DNA of 64,000 bases, taken from NCBI RefSeq assembly GCF_036321535.1, contig NC_087437.1:80664001-80728000 (forward strand), read 5' to 3'. The stretch is from Camelus dromedarius (Eukaryota). Shown in pieces: positions 1 through 13,984 of the stretch (position 1 is its first letter; every line of letters starts with the position of its first letter). The notes below the pieces were generated by a model. The model saw only the letters and a program-made list of their open reading frames with translations, did no database searches and was not told the origin of the DNA. Made by a program: the position numbers and the translations under genes.

Positions 1-2144
1 TCTGAAAAAGTTCTCACATCTGAAGCCCCGGCATGACAGCTAACCTAATTTGCCTTATTTAGATACCACTCCCCACTCATTTCCAGTTATCAAAGTAATT
101 AAGGTCAATGTAGGAAATTTGAAAAGTATAGGACAATGAAAAGAAGTAAAAAGTAGAAGAAGAAAAAAAAACTAAAACCAGTAATTATTGTTAACCACCA
201 ATGGATTCTTGTGTGGGTAAAGGGCTACAAATCATCAGGGATTTTTCATGCAGAAGTTGAATCAAGGGTTTCCAAAATCTGTCTTCACCGTGGTGATGGG
301 CAGCTTGGTATGCTGCTTTTCCCTGTAGCAAGTAGTTGCACCTCCCGAAAGACCTGAATTTCAGCCTCTGGGTCCCTCCTCTAAAATACTGTGTTTCCCT
401 TTTTCACTTATTCCCTCAGCCCTAAGGGTGGTGTTTTCTTCCTGCAGTTGCTACTTCTACTACTGATAGTTCCCATGTTAACATTCTTTGCATCAATGTC
501 TTCCCTCATTGATAAAATGCTGAAAAAGCTTTTGACAAAATTCAATACCCACTCCTGATAAAAGCACTTGAGAAAATTAGGAATTGATGGATATATTTTT
601 AGCCTGATATAATTTCATCATTTGCTCTAGTCCTAAAGCCAGGACCTTACTTCATGGTAAAACACTGGAGACTTTTCTACTGAGAATAAGAACAAGGCAA
701 GGATGCCCATTATTTCTACTACTATTTAATATTGTATTAGAGGTATTAAGCAATGCAACTAGACAGGAAAAATAAATTAGAGGCACAAAAATTGGTAAAG
801 TAAAGCCATCTCTATTTGCAGGTGATAAGATGGTACACCTGGAAAATCCTCAAGAATCAATGATAAAACTCAAACAGTAAGAGTTTAGTAAGATTGCAAG
901 ACACAGAATTAACATACAGAAATTAATTACCTTCATATCCTGTAATAATAACCAGCACATGACAGAGACAAACGCTTTTCAATAATAGCAAAGATAATTA
1001 AATATTTAGAAAGAAGCTTAACAAGAAATATACAAAACTTGTATGTGGAAAAATTTAACACTCCTGAAAGACACAAAAGCAGACTGCTCCCAATTAGGAT
1101 GGCTAAACATCATAAAAATATCAGTTAATTAAATAAAATTAGATCTTGATCTTACAAATGCAGAAGAATATACTCTAAACGAATTAGGAATCTATTCAAT
1201 TTTAAAATGAAAAAAAAAAGAAAAAGAAAAAAGCCCTAGAGAAACAAGGGTGAATTCATCTTTAATCTCAGTATAGGGAAAGGCTTTCTAACTATTCACA
1301 TAAAATCAAAAGGCAATAAAGATTAGTTTACTACATAAAAAATTTTTTTTTGCACTGCAAAAGAACACCATAATCAAAGTCAAAAGACAACTAATAAGTG
1401 GGAGAAATTATAACATGTATCAAAAATAGTTACTATATGAAGAATTCTTAAAATCTGAGAAAGGACCAAAAACCAAATAAAATGGGAGTGAAATGAACAG
1501 ACTAATCACAAGGAAAAGATATTCAAATGGCCCTTAAACATATGAAAATACATTCAATCTCACTCATAGCTAGAGAGATGCAAATTAAAACTACTCTGAA
1601 ATACCATCTTTTTTAATCGATCAGATTTGGGGGAAAGAAAAAAAAAAGCATAACAAACTCTAGCAGGGCTGTGGGAAGAGGCACTCTCGTATATTTCTGG
1701 TGGGGAAAAGAAACTTGTACAATCCTTTTGGAGGAGAATTTGACAATATCTAACAAAAGTATATATGTACTTATATTTTGACCCAGCATCCTACTGGGAA
1801 TTTACCTGAAAGAAGATACATCCCAATATGAAAAGACATGCACAAGGTTTTTCAGTTACAACACTGTAATGGCAAAACATAGGAAATGACCTAAATGCCT
1901 ACACATGGAAGAGTAATTGCATTAACTGTGGTATATTTACACAATGGAGTACTATGTAGCTGTTAAAATTCTGGAGAAAGATCTCCATGAACTGGTATAG
2001 TTTCTAGGGTATACTGCAAAGTGAAAAAAAAGATAAAAGAGTAACTGTAATATATTACATTTCATGTAAGAAAAAAAGGAGAAATAATAAATATCCATCT
2101 ATTTATCCAAAAGGAAACATAGGAAGGATAAACCAGAAGCTAGA

Positions 2145-2208
2145 GATAGATTACCTATAGGGGATGATAAGATTACCTATAGGGGATGATAGATTACCTA
2201 TACAGGAT
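2145..2208. repeat. Tandem repeat, three copies of about 21-22 bp
   Basis: gatagattacctataggggat / gataagattacctataggggat / gatagattacctatacaggat. Confidence 0.85.
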
Positions 2209-3173
2209 GGGTGCAAACAGGACAGAAAGGACGGGAGGAAGAGAATGAGACAGGATAGGAAAGAGTACATTTTTTGTATAGTTCCAACTTTAGACCTCTG
2301 CTAAGATTTCACATACAAAATCTTAACAAAGAACAAGCAGGAATACATTATGAAATACAAAAACAAATTAACTAACTGCATTATAGGTAACAACCATAGT
2401 GAGGAGGAAGCAGAGAAAATAATCTACATAACTTTATAAAATAGTATTTTGTTTACGTTCTCTAAGATTAAAAAGGAAAGAAACTACACGTGAATACTGC
2501 ACTCATCAGTGGTTTCTCATAGGGAAATATATGACTTAATTCTGGAACTATTTTATGTGTATTCTAGAAATTAAGCAAGTAAGTGAACAGATTATAGTCA
2601 AAGTCAGATTTCTTACTGTTGGATGAGAGTAATAAATATAGAAAGGTGGAAGACTAGAATGAATCTGGTGTTGGTCTGATATTGAAAGTACCTATATGAA
2701 CTCATACAGTATACACATACAGACAGATCTAGAAATAGATACAGATGTATGTGTGTGTGTGTGTATATATGTATATATATACACACATATGTACATTTTC
2801 TAGCTGTTAAGGAGGCTAGAAGCAGTAACTCTTCACTACCAATGAGTACACTTAGTGCAGTGTACACTTGGTTTCTAAATAGGTTCTAAAAGGAACCATG
2901 GATGCTTACAGAAATCACTAATTCCAGGGCTAGAAGATAAAATACAAGATGAGTCCAGGATATCTTCTGGTGCCAGAAATTAAGGAATTATTTTAAAAAG
3001 AATGGGGACCCGTCAAAAAGGCACAAGGGTCAAAAGGGAAGGGATTTGTATGGGCAAATTTGGGACATCTTGAGTAACAAAATAAATAACGGTAGCAATG
3101 TGTTATAACCTACAGAATAACATAAAAATGTGGGCCCATTATCAATAAAATAACCGAATAAAGAATGGAGAAG

Positions 3174-3267
3174 TGGGGGCAGGGTAATAGCTCAAGTTGT
3201 AGAGCCCGTGCTTAGCATGCATGAGCTCTTGGGTACAACTCCCAGTACCTCCATTAAAAAAAAAAAA
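3174..3267 (+). mobile_element. tRNA-Ala-derived SINE (camelid Vic-1-like)
   Basis: TAGCTCAAGTTGTAGAG A-box, cttagcatg anticodon-like arm, ggtacaactccc degenerate B-box, poly-A tail. TSD aatggagaag on both sides. Confidence 0.85.
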
Positions 3268-4207
3268 AATGGAGAAGAAAACTTCCTCACAGAATTTCAA
3301 CTAGCAAGAAAATAGATGAAAGTGATGGAAATAGAAAATCGTCATTTGGCAAATCCTTACACTATCGACTGTTTCAGGAAAGAATCATGAGGAAAACCAC
3401 CCCAAAATAAAAACCAAGAATGCCTGCCAATTAACGGACAAAAATATGATGAGATAAGATACTTACAAGAATTTTCCCATGAGATACTAATTACAAACAA
3501 AAACACAGTAATTTGACACGGGCTATATCTGGCAGATACCACCCTAACCAAGTGACCAAAATGAACATCACTAGTGAGAGGACAAACTGCACATCACGGA
3601 CTCACTGACACACTAATGACATATTAGTTCTGCGCTACTCTTGCCAAAATACATGAACTGAATTTAATCAGGAGGAAACATCTGGCAAACCCCAAATTGG
3701 GAGATCTTTTACAAATAGTTGGCCTGTATTTTTAAAACAGTCTAAGGTCATAAAAGCAAACACTGAAGACTTCCAGATTAAAGAAATTTAAGAGATGACA
3801 ACTAAATGATTGACGATAATGAAGTGGCTCTTTAATCAGGGAGATATTAGTGGAGCAACTGGTGAAATCTGAGTAAGGTCTGTAGAAGGTGACAGAATAA
3901 AGTATTTTAATAATGTTAACTCCCTGCTTTTAACAACTGTCCTGTGGTTAAATAAAATGCTATTATTAGGAGAACATGGAAATACATTGTGATATTTTTG
4001 CAATATTTTGTAAATTTGAAGTTTTTTCAAAATGAAGTGTTAAAAAAATTAGAAACTGTCTTCATTTCAGCAGGGAAGTAACTTGAACAATCCCTCCCTT
4101 AGCTACAGAACTTGTGCTAAGTTAGGTAGACTCCAATAAATAATTTTAAATCTCTCATTACTTTGGCCAACAATCTGGGCAAGAGCAATGATAAAATTTC
4201 TCTTCTT

Positions 4208-4296
4208 TAAAACAAACAAACAAACAAACCAAAAAACCCAGGAACAATTAAATGAAATAGAAAATAAGAACACTAATTGAGTTTGACAAATTTATT
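4208..4296 (-). terminator. Likely PCNP distal polyadenylation signal
   Basis: Plus-strand tttatt at 4291-4296 reads AATAAA on minus. A GU-rich downstream element (ggtttgtttgtttgttt) follows at about 4230-4208. Confidence 0.65.
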
Positions 4297-5984
4297 GGTT
4301 ATTTTAGTAAAGACATTCATCTCAGTCATTTCTCTCTCCCATCTTGACCTCAGGTTAGTATTTCATTTGAGTCAAGAAAAATAAATGTAGGAGAGGGATG
4401 TTATTTGAACATAAACATTAAAATGGACAAAAATGGAAAGTCTGTCTATATTAAAGCAAGTTAACTTCATGTATCTTGATATAATTAAATCATGTGAGTA
4501 AGAACTAACAGTTCTATATACATTGCCATTGTTTTACTTGGGGCTTACTCTAAACTCAAATGCAAGTGAACAAAGTATTAGGAATATATACAGGCTGCTT
4601 CTCTGGAGTTATTACCTATTAAAGAGCTCATTGAGTGGTTACCACCAATAAAATAGTCTGAAGCTGCCTCCAAATTCAACATTGTAGGAGTTTTTGAGAA
4701 AATCATTATACTATGTTTCTTTTATCTGTGACTATGCTTCTAAAGATATGTTTAATTGTCACATTAAAAAAGAATTCATATACAATACAAAAATACAAAA
4801 TAAAAACACAATCCTATAACACATAGCTCTAACAAAGTATGTGTGGTCAAAGATTCCACAGAATATGTTTAAAGATGCATTTTCCTTCCTTTTATTTTCA
4901 GTACCTAAAATGTGCTTTTGAGAGGCTACTGGTTAATATGTATAGAGTTAAAATAAACCAATATTATTGTGCTAAATAAGAACTCCTGCAGTAAGTTCAA
5001 ATCAGATTTCACGTTAGTAACTTAAATGCTTTGCTTTGATAAAGTTACAGAAAGTGCATCTTTCTTGTTTTCAATCTTCATACAATGTTGCCCTTTTTTT
5101 TTTTTTTGGTGTTTATACCTTTTAAAAGATAAGAACAGCCAAATATTTAAGTATTATGTACATTTAAATTTTTGGTGGTGGTTTGTTATTTTAAAAGAAA
5201 CAGCTTCCTTATGATTTACCTCAAGATCTGGTGGAAATGCTTACAGGAACTAGCTAATAACAAAAACCAAGAGAAGCACATTCAAAATACTGATTTACTT
5301 TGGTAGCAAATGGTTGTTCTTTGAAGACTAATGAAGGTAGACAAGACCTTTAAAGTGAAGTGGGCTATTTCAAATACTCAACAGTTTACATAAAACTTTA
5401 AAATGTTCTTTTTAAAGAGCTAAGCATCTGTATCCACTGACAGCAATGCAATACCTAGTTTATGATGACTTAAAACAAAACAAATGCCCATTAGGAAAAA
5501 AAGCTGTATTTTATCTAATTTACTTTTCAGTCAATAATCCAGACGTTTTCCTCCCAATACAATACTCCCTTCTCTATAAGGCTGTTCCTGGGAGCCAGAC
5601 AGTTTAGGTTACTAAGGGAGTTAAGTTAGAGAGTCACTGCCTACAGTTTAAATAGACAATAACTTTTTGCTTCCCTCTTAATGTGCTAATAGTTGTGTCT
5701 AAAAAAATATGCAATTCTTAGAAAGGTACCATTTCTGATGTTTTTATTATCTGCAACCTTTGGAAACTAAGCACATGAAACTACAAAATTAGTAAATGTC
5801 TTGAAATCTGTATATAAAACATAAATTACCTCTAATTTCAAATTCTCATTTATTAGTGTACCACTCAATCTTAAAAAAAAAAAAAAAGGAGGCTCCAAAG
5901 ATAGTCTTATACCATTCTTTAAAAAAGGAAACTGTTCCTTTTAACTTTACACCCACCCCACACCCTAATTTCAAAACACATCAT
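4270..5984 (-). other. PCNP: PCNP 3' UTR (approx. 1.7 kb, AU-rich)
   Basis: AT-rich stretch with no obvious interspersed repeat, from the stop codon to a minus-strand AATAAA at 4296-4291. The 3' end is approximate. Confidence 0.7.
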
Positions 5985-6111
5985 TTAATTGTCTTGGTCA
6001 TGGACATTTCCAAGATGAGATTTTATATTTCGCTCCCAAAGCTTCTGGTTATCAGAAAACCCATGCTTTCCTTTATTGAAGGAATTTGGTCCTGCTGATG
6101 TTGGTGTATCC
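5985..6111 (-). CDS. PCNP: PCNP last coding exon ([42 protein letters not shown])
   Basis: Acceptor ttttaacag|G, TAA stop at 5987-5985. Total CDS 64+215+75+56+127=537 nt = 178 aa + stop, matching the recalled length of PCNP (PEST-containing nuclear protein). Confidence 0.96.
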
Positions 6112-7301
6112 CTGTTAAAAGAAAGGAAATTTACTTAAAATGTTATATATAATGCCTTTTGGGCCATGTTTTTAACTCATTCAAAATACATTTACTTAGT
6201 GCCTACTATAAATGCAGGCCAAACATCAGAAGCCACTACAGAACTTTTAAAAAATATCCTTTCCAGCCCCAGTACTCAAGTTTCAGATTCAGAAGACCTG
6301 ACGAGGAGCCAGGTAAATCTTTAGGTTTAACAAACATTTAAGGCGATTCCGTTAACAGCTATTGGTGGCAAACACTACAGTTTAAAAAAACATTGCTTGT
6401 AACCCATTAACAGGGTCATGGAATCATTTGGTGGCTTAACATCAGTATTTATAAAAAATGAGATAGAAGAAAAAACATGAAGATGTATCTCACACACACA
6501 ATTCAGGTTCATTTTACGAACTTCTGTTTCAATTGCACGTGCTTAGGTTATGCAGATATATGTATTCTGGATGTTTAGACTAGGTTATAATGTCAGATGT
6601 ATTTCTTACTCTAGGTCCCAGTGTAAAAGGCAGGCAGGAAGGCAGCCATGGGTCTGTTCCCATTTGAATCACAGACAAAGTCTGAAGACTGATGTTTGAA
6701 TACTTAGCGCTTAGTTCTTCAGGAGGATATACATTTAGTAGAAATGAGGACACAGTATAAATTGTTTTGAAGCCCAACTTTCTTACTAGCCTCTAAATTA
6801 TCCATTTATGCATACAAAGACAGGAAAATGAACATGGTGTAAACTTGAAATTAATGTTATTTCCACAATAACAGAAACAATGGAAAAAATGTTTTTGTCT
6901 TATTTTGATATTTGGCATCTAGTTATCAAGGAAAAAGGGACACATACAACCAAGATTAACTGGCAGGAATGATATTTTTTAAGTGAGATGTGTGATAACC
7001 ATTTCTTTATACCAGGAAAAAACTTGATTTTAATTTTAAATCAGAAACATTTCTCATAACTGTTTATTTGAAAAAATATACATGCTATGTATCTGAAAAG
7101 AAACAGCCTTAAGTTGTTGTTATTTTTTAAAAATACTCATTTTCTCTTACCAGGATAGAAAAGATCACCGATAACTCAGAAAACAAAACTGTTTTGCCAA
7201 AATATATAAGGAAAGCCTGAACACTAATAGATCATGTGCAATTTGCAATTTGCTCTTAATTCACTATAATTTTCTACAATATTATACAAAAATTTTAATA
7301 C

Positions 7302-7357
7302 CTTCCAATATTCTTCATCCTCATCTTTGCCTCTGGAGGCATTTCCTCTGGTTCACT
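7302..7357 (-). CDS. PCNP: PCNP coding exon 4 (SEPEEMPPEAKMRMKNIG-R)
   Basis: Acceptor ttttttctccag|AGT, donor AG|GTATTA. 56 nt, translated by hand; too short for the ORF track. Confidence 0.95.
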
Positions 7358-7405
7358 CTGGAGAAAAAAAATAAGATAGAAACAGAAATGACTGCATATA
7401 GATAG

Positions 7406-7643
7406 AGTAGATCCTTGAACAAAGTGGGGGCTATGGGCACTAACACTGTTCCTATCCCTTCATAGTCAAAAATCTGTACACAACTTTATAGTTGTGTCCT
7501 CCATGTCCATGGTTCTGCACCTGAGGATTCAACCAACCTCGGATAGCCTAGTACTCTAGCACGTATTTACTGAAAAAAAAAAAAAAAATTGTGTGTAAGT
7601 AGGCCCATGCATTTCAAACTCGTGCTGGTCAAGGGTCAACTGT
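7406..7643. mobile_element. Tigger2/MER8-like MITE
   Basis: Degenerate TIRs agtagatccttgaaca ... gtcaagggtcaactg. A related copy lies at 57391-57600. Confidence 0.7.
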
Positions 7644-10600
7644 GTATTAAATTCACATGATTACCAGTAATGCTAAATTTTATATCTAAGTCCATAAATT
7701 TTGGTAAAAAGAGAAAATCGCTTATCTTAATTACATTTTAAAAAGAAATTCATGCTTCCAATGTGCTGATTTTGTATAAAGAAAAAAAGTCTGGTAAAAA
7801 CTTTTTGATATTCTAGAACTAAAGTCATTTGTTTACTATAAGCTACACATTGCATTAAATGCTTTAATATGCACCATGTCTTAAAACCCTAACGATTTTA
7901 CAAGGTGAGTACGAGCATCATCATTTGCATTTTGTAAGTGAGGTAATAAACAAGGTTAACTTGTCTAGTCACAAAGCTAATAAATAGCAAGATAGTTGGA
8001 TGCCAGAGCAAAAGCTCTTAACCACTTTACTGTATGGCTGGCTCTCAGAAATGTCTCCTTCACTATAAAGACATCTTCAAAGTTCATTCACTACTTTTTC
8101 ATAGTTATTGCTAGTGAAAAGGTAAGTGACAAGTGCCTTTTAGTTGTTTTTATGTATAAATGTTACTGCTCAGCTAAACATTCTTGTTTAAACGGGCATC
8201 TGCAAGATCCAGCTTCATGGGGTTTTTACTGGTCAAATGTGAGGCAATTTGAGCCTTATGGACTGTTGAATGAAGAAAGAACCCACGAGCCTACACTTAC
8301 ATGAGTAAGTAAGAGCTCTTCCTTACAGTAAGAGACAATTAACAAACATAAAGGGGATGAAAGAAGGAGAAAAATCACCATTGGGCAAACATCATAATAC
8401 TTGATTCTAGTGAGAATCATCAATGAATGTTAACACTCACAAGTGAATGCTTAAGAAATTACATATTTTCACATATTCTTAAAAAATATCCCCACAAGAT
8501 AATTTTAATTACACATGGTGAAACAGTAACTTGACTGTAGAGAAATCTGGCAGACATTACTTTAAGCAAATGACCAAAGTTAACACTGCCAGTGATGGGA
8601 CATACTGACAGCATGTGCTCCCTGATATGATACATTGAGAACTTGGGATCACTTCTGTGGTTTGCCTGCTGAAAGGTGTGTAAATCTAATCATGAGGAAA
8701 CATCAGACAAATCCAAACCGAGAGGCATTCTACAAACTAACTGGCCTGCACTCTTCAAAAATGTTACTGCCATAAAATACACAGAACACCTGGGAATTCT
8801 GCAAAATGAGAGACTAAAGAGATACAACTGAAATTCAAAATTAATTAATTAAATGAATGCCCTCTTTGTCCAGTATCTTTCAGACTTAACCTTAGATACA
8901 CATCTAAGGTTACTTAACTATGTTCTGCAGAAAAAGGAAGAACCAGATGAAGATTTTTAGATGCCAGTGTTCTTTTACCTAAGAGACAACTTTATCCTTA
9001 ACTACCATTACCATCTTATAGCAGAAAGAGTGTTGTCTGAACCTGTCTAAAACTTCTTTCAAAACAGGGAAAACAGTAGAACACAGGACAAGAAACCAGA
9101 GACCTAAATTCTGGTTCAATACTTATATGCATTAAAACATACTCATGCATGTTTAACTTAATTTCTCCATCTGCAAAACAGGAATAATTATGTCAGACAA
9201 TTCACAGGGATATATGGAAGGTAAGATAAAGTTACATGAAAAGATTCAACTCATTAGGCAAAGTAAGCCATTACCATTAGGTAGGTGTTTACAATTCCCA
9301 GCCTCTGTACTTCTGCACAGGCTGTTCCCTTTCCTATACTGTCCTTCCCTGATACAACCTGTAAATATCAAAATGCTAACTAATCTCTTAAGAATGTTAG
9401 AGATGACAGAAAACATTAAATATAATTTAGGTTAGTGCTTTTCAAACTTTTTTATGGGGGATGGGAAATTAAATACATTTTCCTCAACAAAACATTACTT
9501 GAGTTCCCAAGCACCAAACAGATAAAAGAATAGATATAAGTGAAACAGGAGCAAGAGGCCGGAACTGTGCTTGTTAACCATCACCTAACACCACAGTAGC
9601 TCCTGAGACATTCCCACAGAACCCTGGAACTCTGAGAAAGTTTAAAAATCTGTCATCTAAATTTAGTCTTCATTTTACAGCTGAAAAACTAAGGCTCCAA
9701 AAAGGTAAAGTTATTTATCCACAGGTTTTCTATTGGTTAATAACTGGACAGGGCAGGAAAAGAATCCAGGTCTTCCCATCACCAGTCTAGCAGCAACTAG
9801 TTACTGGGCCCCTCTTCCTTACCTGAATCTCTATCATTTCATCTCTTCAGGTACTTTTAACTTTTATCTCGTACTATTTTATGTTTAAGTCCCTGCCCTG
9901 CTAGGCTGAGTTCCCAGAACATGTCTGATTTATCTTTGTAATCTCACTGTACCTAGCATATGGAAAGCACTCAAATGTGTAGAATGAGTAAAAGTCCAAA
10001 GAAGAATAGAGATAACAGCAATTATTTACCCATTCATCCGGGCTCCAATCATTCCATAGTTATCCTTGCCTAAAACTTTTCTACAAAAACCTCCAGTCCT
10101 GTCAAATATAGCTGCTTAGCATTTACCATGTGTGATTTGAAGGCTAATGTCTTAGCTTACAAAACTATTACTTGGTTTGTCAAAACCTTGTCTAATGTTT
10201 TAGTACCCAACTCCTATCTATTTCTTCTCATATCTTCTTCCCAATCACTCCAGCCCCAGTTTGTGCTCCTCTGAATGTATAATTCTTATCCACACTGCTT
10301 TAGGGAGCGATTGCTCAGGTATCCTGTAACTGTTATACACTGGGGTCACATCTTAAGTGAGGGTTAGGTTCTAAAGTCAGAGCCTAAGGAAAAAAATCAT
10401 AGTCATAATTATGCTTAAAATTCCCTGTGTCATTCACAAGGACGGTAAGAGAAGGACATTGTGAGGGGCACAGAAGAACTAGGACTGCCTAAGAGAAGAG
10501 CAGGTAAGCATCCTATGCTCATTCTGGAACATATGTGTATTGAGCAGATCTGGCAGTCAGTATTTTAAATGACCCTACAATCAAATTAAAAAAACAATCC

Positions 10601-10748
10601 AGATTTTGCAGGTGTCATTAAAACAACAACAACAAACTGTTCAGAGTTCAAAGAAAATTCACTAGTACCATAATACAACTTGACAATTTGCCACTAATAT
10701 CTTCCTTAAAGAATTGGTTAAAATAAAAAAAACCAAGTATTGACTTAC

Positions 10749-10823
10749 ATCTTCATCTTCATTAAAAGCTGCTGCTACTGAAAGGGTTTTTGGAGCAAGA
10801 GTTGGAACGGTTTCTTTAGGCTT
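10749..10823 (-). CDS. PCNP: PCNP coding exon 3 ([25 protein letters not shown])
   Basis: Acceptor tcttcag|AAG, donor GAT|GTAAGT. 75 nt, phase 0 at both ends. Confidence 0.96.
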
Positions 10824-13769
10824 CTGAAGAAGAAACATTAAAAAGAGTATCACATAGTGTTTATAAGGCTTATTTTAACAATATGAGTAATTTATCATCA
10901 AAGATTCAACTTTACATTTTCATAGAAACATATAGTAAGGAACTAAGAACAGACTTTGGAGAAATCCATTCTCTCTCTTTTAAAATGTAGGTTAACAATG
11001 GGTAGGTTTTACTTTATTAATTATATCTGTTTGTTTTCCTCCTGTAAAGATTTTATAGCTAGGATCTATAATTTAATATCATTAAGCTAAAAGGTACCTG
11101 GTACAGGTAAAAGAAAATGGACATTAATACTCTCATAGTAACATTAAGTATAGCATGTCTTGAGAAAGACACCAAGACTCATCCTTCTCTAGTAGCTAGC
11201 TTCCTACCCCTCAGCCTGTAAACTTGCTTCATCCACACCATCTCTTCTAACCGAGGTTTCTGAACTACATTGTCCTATCTCCAGCCTTTCACCACCAGTC
11301 AGCCTTCAACCCACTGCAACCTGGCTTCCTCTTTCACCATTTCCCATGATTCCCCACTCACCTAGAACCAAGTGACCCTGATTCTATAGTCACCAATGAC
11401 TAGGGTGCTACATTTGACTAATCACCAGCTCCTTTTTGAAAACACCCTTACTTTGGCTTCTGTGACACTGCTTTTAATTGGCTATTCTTCTAATTCTCTG
11501 ACCTCTTGTTCTTGCTCTTCCTTGCCTCCTGTTCCTCCCTTAAATGATAGATACCCAAGATTCTGTCCTTAGTGATCTTTCCTTTTCTGTACTTCCCTCG
11601 TCAACTTCATTTACTCCCAGTTTTAACTACCAAATCCTATGTCTACCCCAAACAGATGTCATCTGCCTACTGGACAGCTCCACTTAGAGCTCCCAGGGGT
11701 ACCGTAGTTTCAGTGTCCTCAAGTACCCAAGCCAGAGAACCTTTTCTTCAACTTGCACGTTCTATTGTAAGGTCCTGCTAATTAGATCTCTATTAAATAG
11801 ACTTAAACCTGCCTCTGCCTTTTACTACCACACTACCAGCACCTAAGGCCTCTTAGCATCACTCTCCTGAACTACTGTTAAAAATACCATCTCCCCATCT
11901 GTTTTTTTCCCCTCTAATTCTCTATATTGGTACCTGAGTCATTTTTCTAAAATGCACACCTGTTTAAGGGTTGACACTCCTTATAATGGTTCCACGACTC
12001 CTCCAGAATCTAAAGAATAAACCCAAACTATATTTTGGAGTACAAGTCCTTTATGATTTGGTCCTATCGTCTTATTTGGGGAGCTTTCTATCCCTACATT
12101 TGCCTACCTAACACCTTCTAACCAGGAACAATTTCCTGAATGCATCATGCAGCTTCACATCTAAACTGCCTCTGCATGAAGTTCTTTTTATCTGAGATGT
12201 CCCTTTACCTTCTGCCTGCACTTAAGGCCAACTCTAGCATCACCACATCAGTGAAATCTTCTCCAAGCTGCTGAAACAAAATTAACCACCCCTTCTTATA
12301 TAGCACACACAAACACTTTTTATAAATAATATCTGCTTTTGAAGGAATAAAAAATGTTCATTTGGAGAATATGCATAGTAACTCCAGAAACACCCTTTAC
12401 TCTTAAAAGATGTCATATATCTGATGTTGTACATACAATGTAAGACACAAATAAGTATTTGTTGGTTGATAAACTATCTTATCACATCATATAATCAAAA
12501 GCAACAGTTTTAACTAGTTTTTATATCCTACATCTCACTTCGCCAAGAAGATTATGTTTACACTTTGGTTTATTTCATGAACATAGGTTTTTGTTTTCTA
12601 AATATTAAAAAGTTTTACTGAATAGGCTTTTTCAAGCACAATACTCCCAACTAAAATGATCAGCAGTTATTAAACCATGTCAATGATCTTTATACAAAAC
12701 AGATTAAACCAAAAGAATCAGCTCAAATAGGGAGACTAGTTATGAAATAATGAAGTTACAAGCTGAATGTCTTTTGTTCAGACTGATTTTTTTTTTTAGA
12801 AAAAGGAAGCAAAGGAAAAGGGCAAACAACACAGGGTAGGAGTGAGGGTTCTGAGGAATGGTGTCTCTTTTAAAACTAGAAGTGCAGCCCAAACATACTG
12901 TCTCTAGTAGGAACCTAATATCTACCATATTTTTAAGATCTCTGAATGACACATAATGAAAAAGAAATAAAGCTGCATGTATCTGGCAACTTAGCATTAG
13001 TTTTCACAGAACAGACTTGAATAAACACCTTAAAAGCAATTTTAGGATTATTCTCCTTACATATAACTCTTTTCTAAAGTCAACAGCAATACACTATTCA
13101 AGTAAACTTCTTTTTCTTAAAGAAGAGATCTATTTAGTGGAACCACACAAAGTTATCACTTCTGTGGGTCAGAAACTGTCAAATCTCGAAACTTCAATCT
13201 AATATTTCAAATACTTTCCAGACACTCCAAGGTTCATTAAGTACTAATTCAAGGCTGACATCTTACAAGGGATAAAAAGTTGATCTGTAAAGGACTACTA
13301 TCCTAGAATACAGAGTATTCAATGTCCATTTGTAGCTCCAAAGTAAGGTAATCAGGAAGCTCTTCTTATCAATCAATACCTTACTAATACTAATCTTTTA
13401 AAATACAAATAACTGATTTCTAGAGATATTATTTTTAATATTACCAAAATTTAAAGGTAAGAAAAAAAAACTGAAATTCTTTCTGAAAATATCTTTCAGA
13501 GGTTTTGCTCAACACAGGAAATTCTAACCAATTACTTTATAATCATATATTCTTCTTCTCATATTGAAAATTCCTTTTAAAAAGTTTTAACAAGTTATAA
13601 CTTACCCAGATCTTTTTTGAATACAGAGCTAATAATTTCTTAAATACCTACATACAGGTTCATGCAGCAATGTATCTTTTTATACTTAATTTATCATAAT
13701 CCAGTCAAAGTAGGTTTCCAAAACAAATTCCTAAGACCTATTACGAATGTAATATATAAATTAACTCAC

Positions 13770-13984
13770 ACTTGAGCCAAGTTTGATGGATATGGCTGAG
13801 GCTTTCTTTGTTGTCTGACTACCTATGGCAAATCCAAACTTGGAGATCTTTGTAGGCTTTGTTGGGAGGTCTGCAGCTTCTTCTTCAGCTGATCGCTTCT
13901 CAGCGCTGCGACTGGAACTTTCCCCTCCATTACTGGAAGAAACAGTCTTAGTTTTCACAGGTTTTTCTGCTTCTTCTTCAGGTC
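13770..13984 (-). CDS. PCNP: PCNP coding exon 2 ([32 protein letters not shown]...SIKLGSS)
   Basis: Acceptor cttcaccag|GA, donor AGT|GTGAGT. 215 nt, in phase with exon 1 (64+215=279). Overlaps ORF-track 13761..13958. Confidence 0.96.

Larger units (their letters stand above)
500..4040 (+). mobile_element. Ancient degenerate L1 (ORF2 remnants and L1M-type 3' region), interrupted by a SINE
   Basis: RT-region remnants (gctgaaaaagcttttgacaaaattcaatacc; aggcaaggatgcccatt; ctatttgcaggtgat) and A-rich sense strand. Boundaries are approximate. Confidence 0.75.

Noticed and set aside
2145..2208. Three 21-22 bp direct repeats as a CRISPR-like array
   Set aside because: No spacers and eukaryotic context; a simple slippage duplication inside an old L1.
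8370..8830. Similarity to 3330-3810 and, inverted, to 53750-54220 as a local segmental duplication
   Set aside because: Highly diverged and consistent with independent copies of an ancient L1M 3' end.
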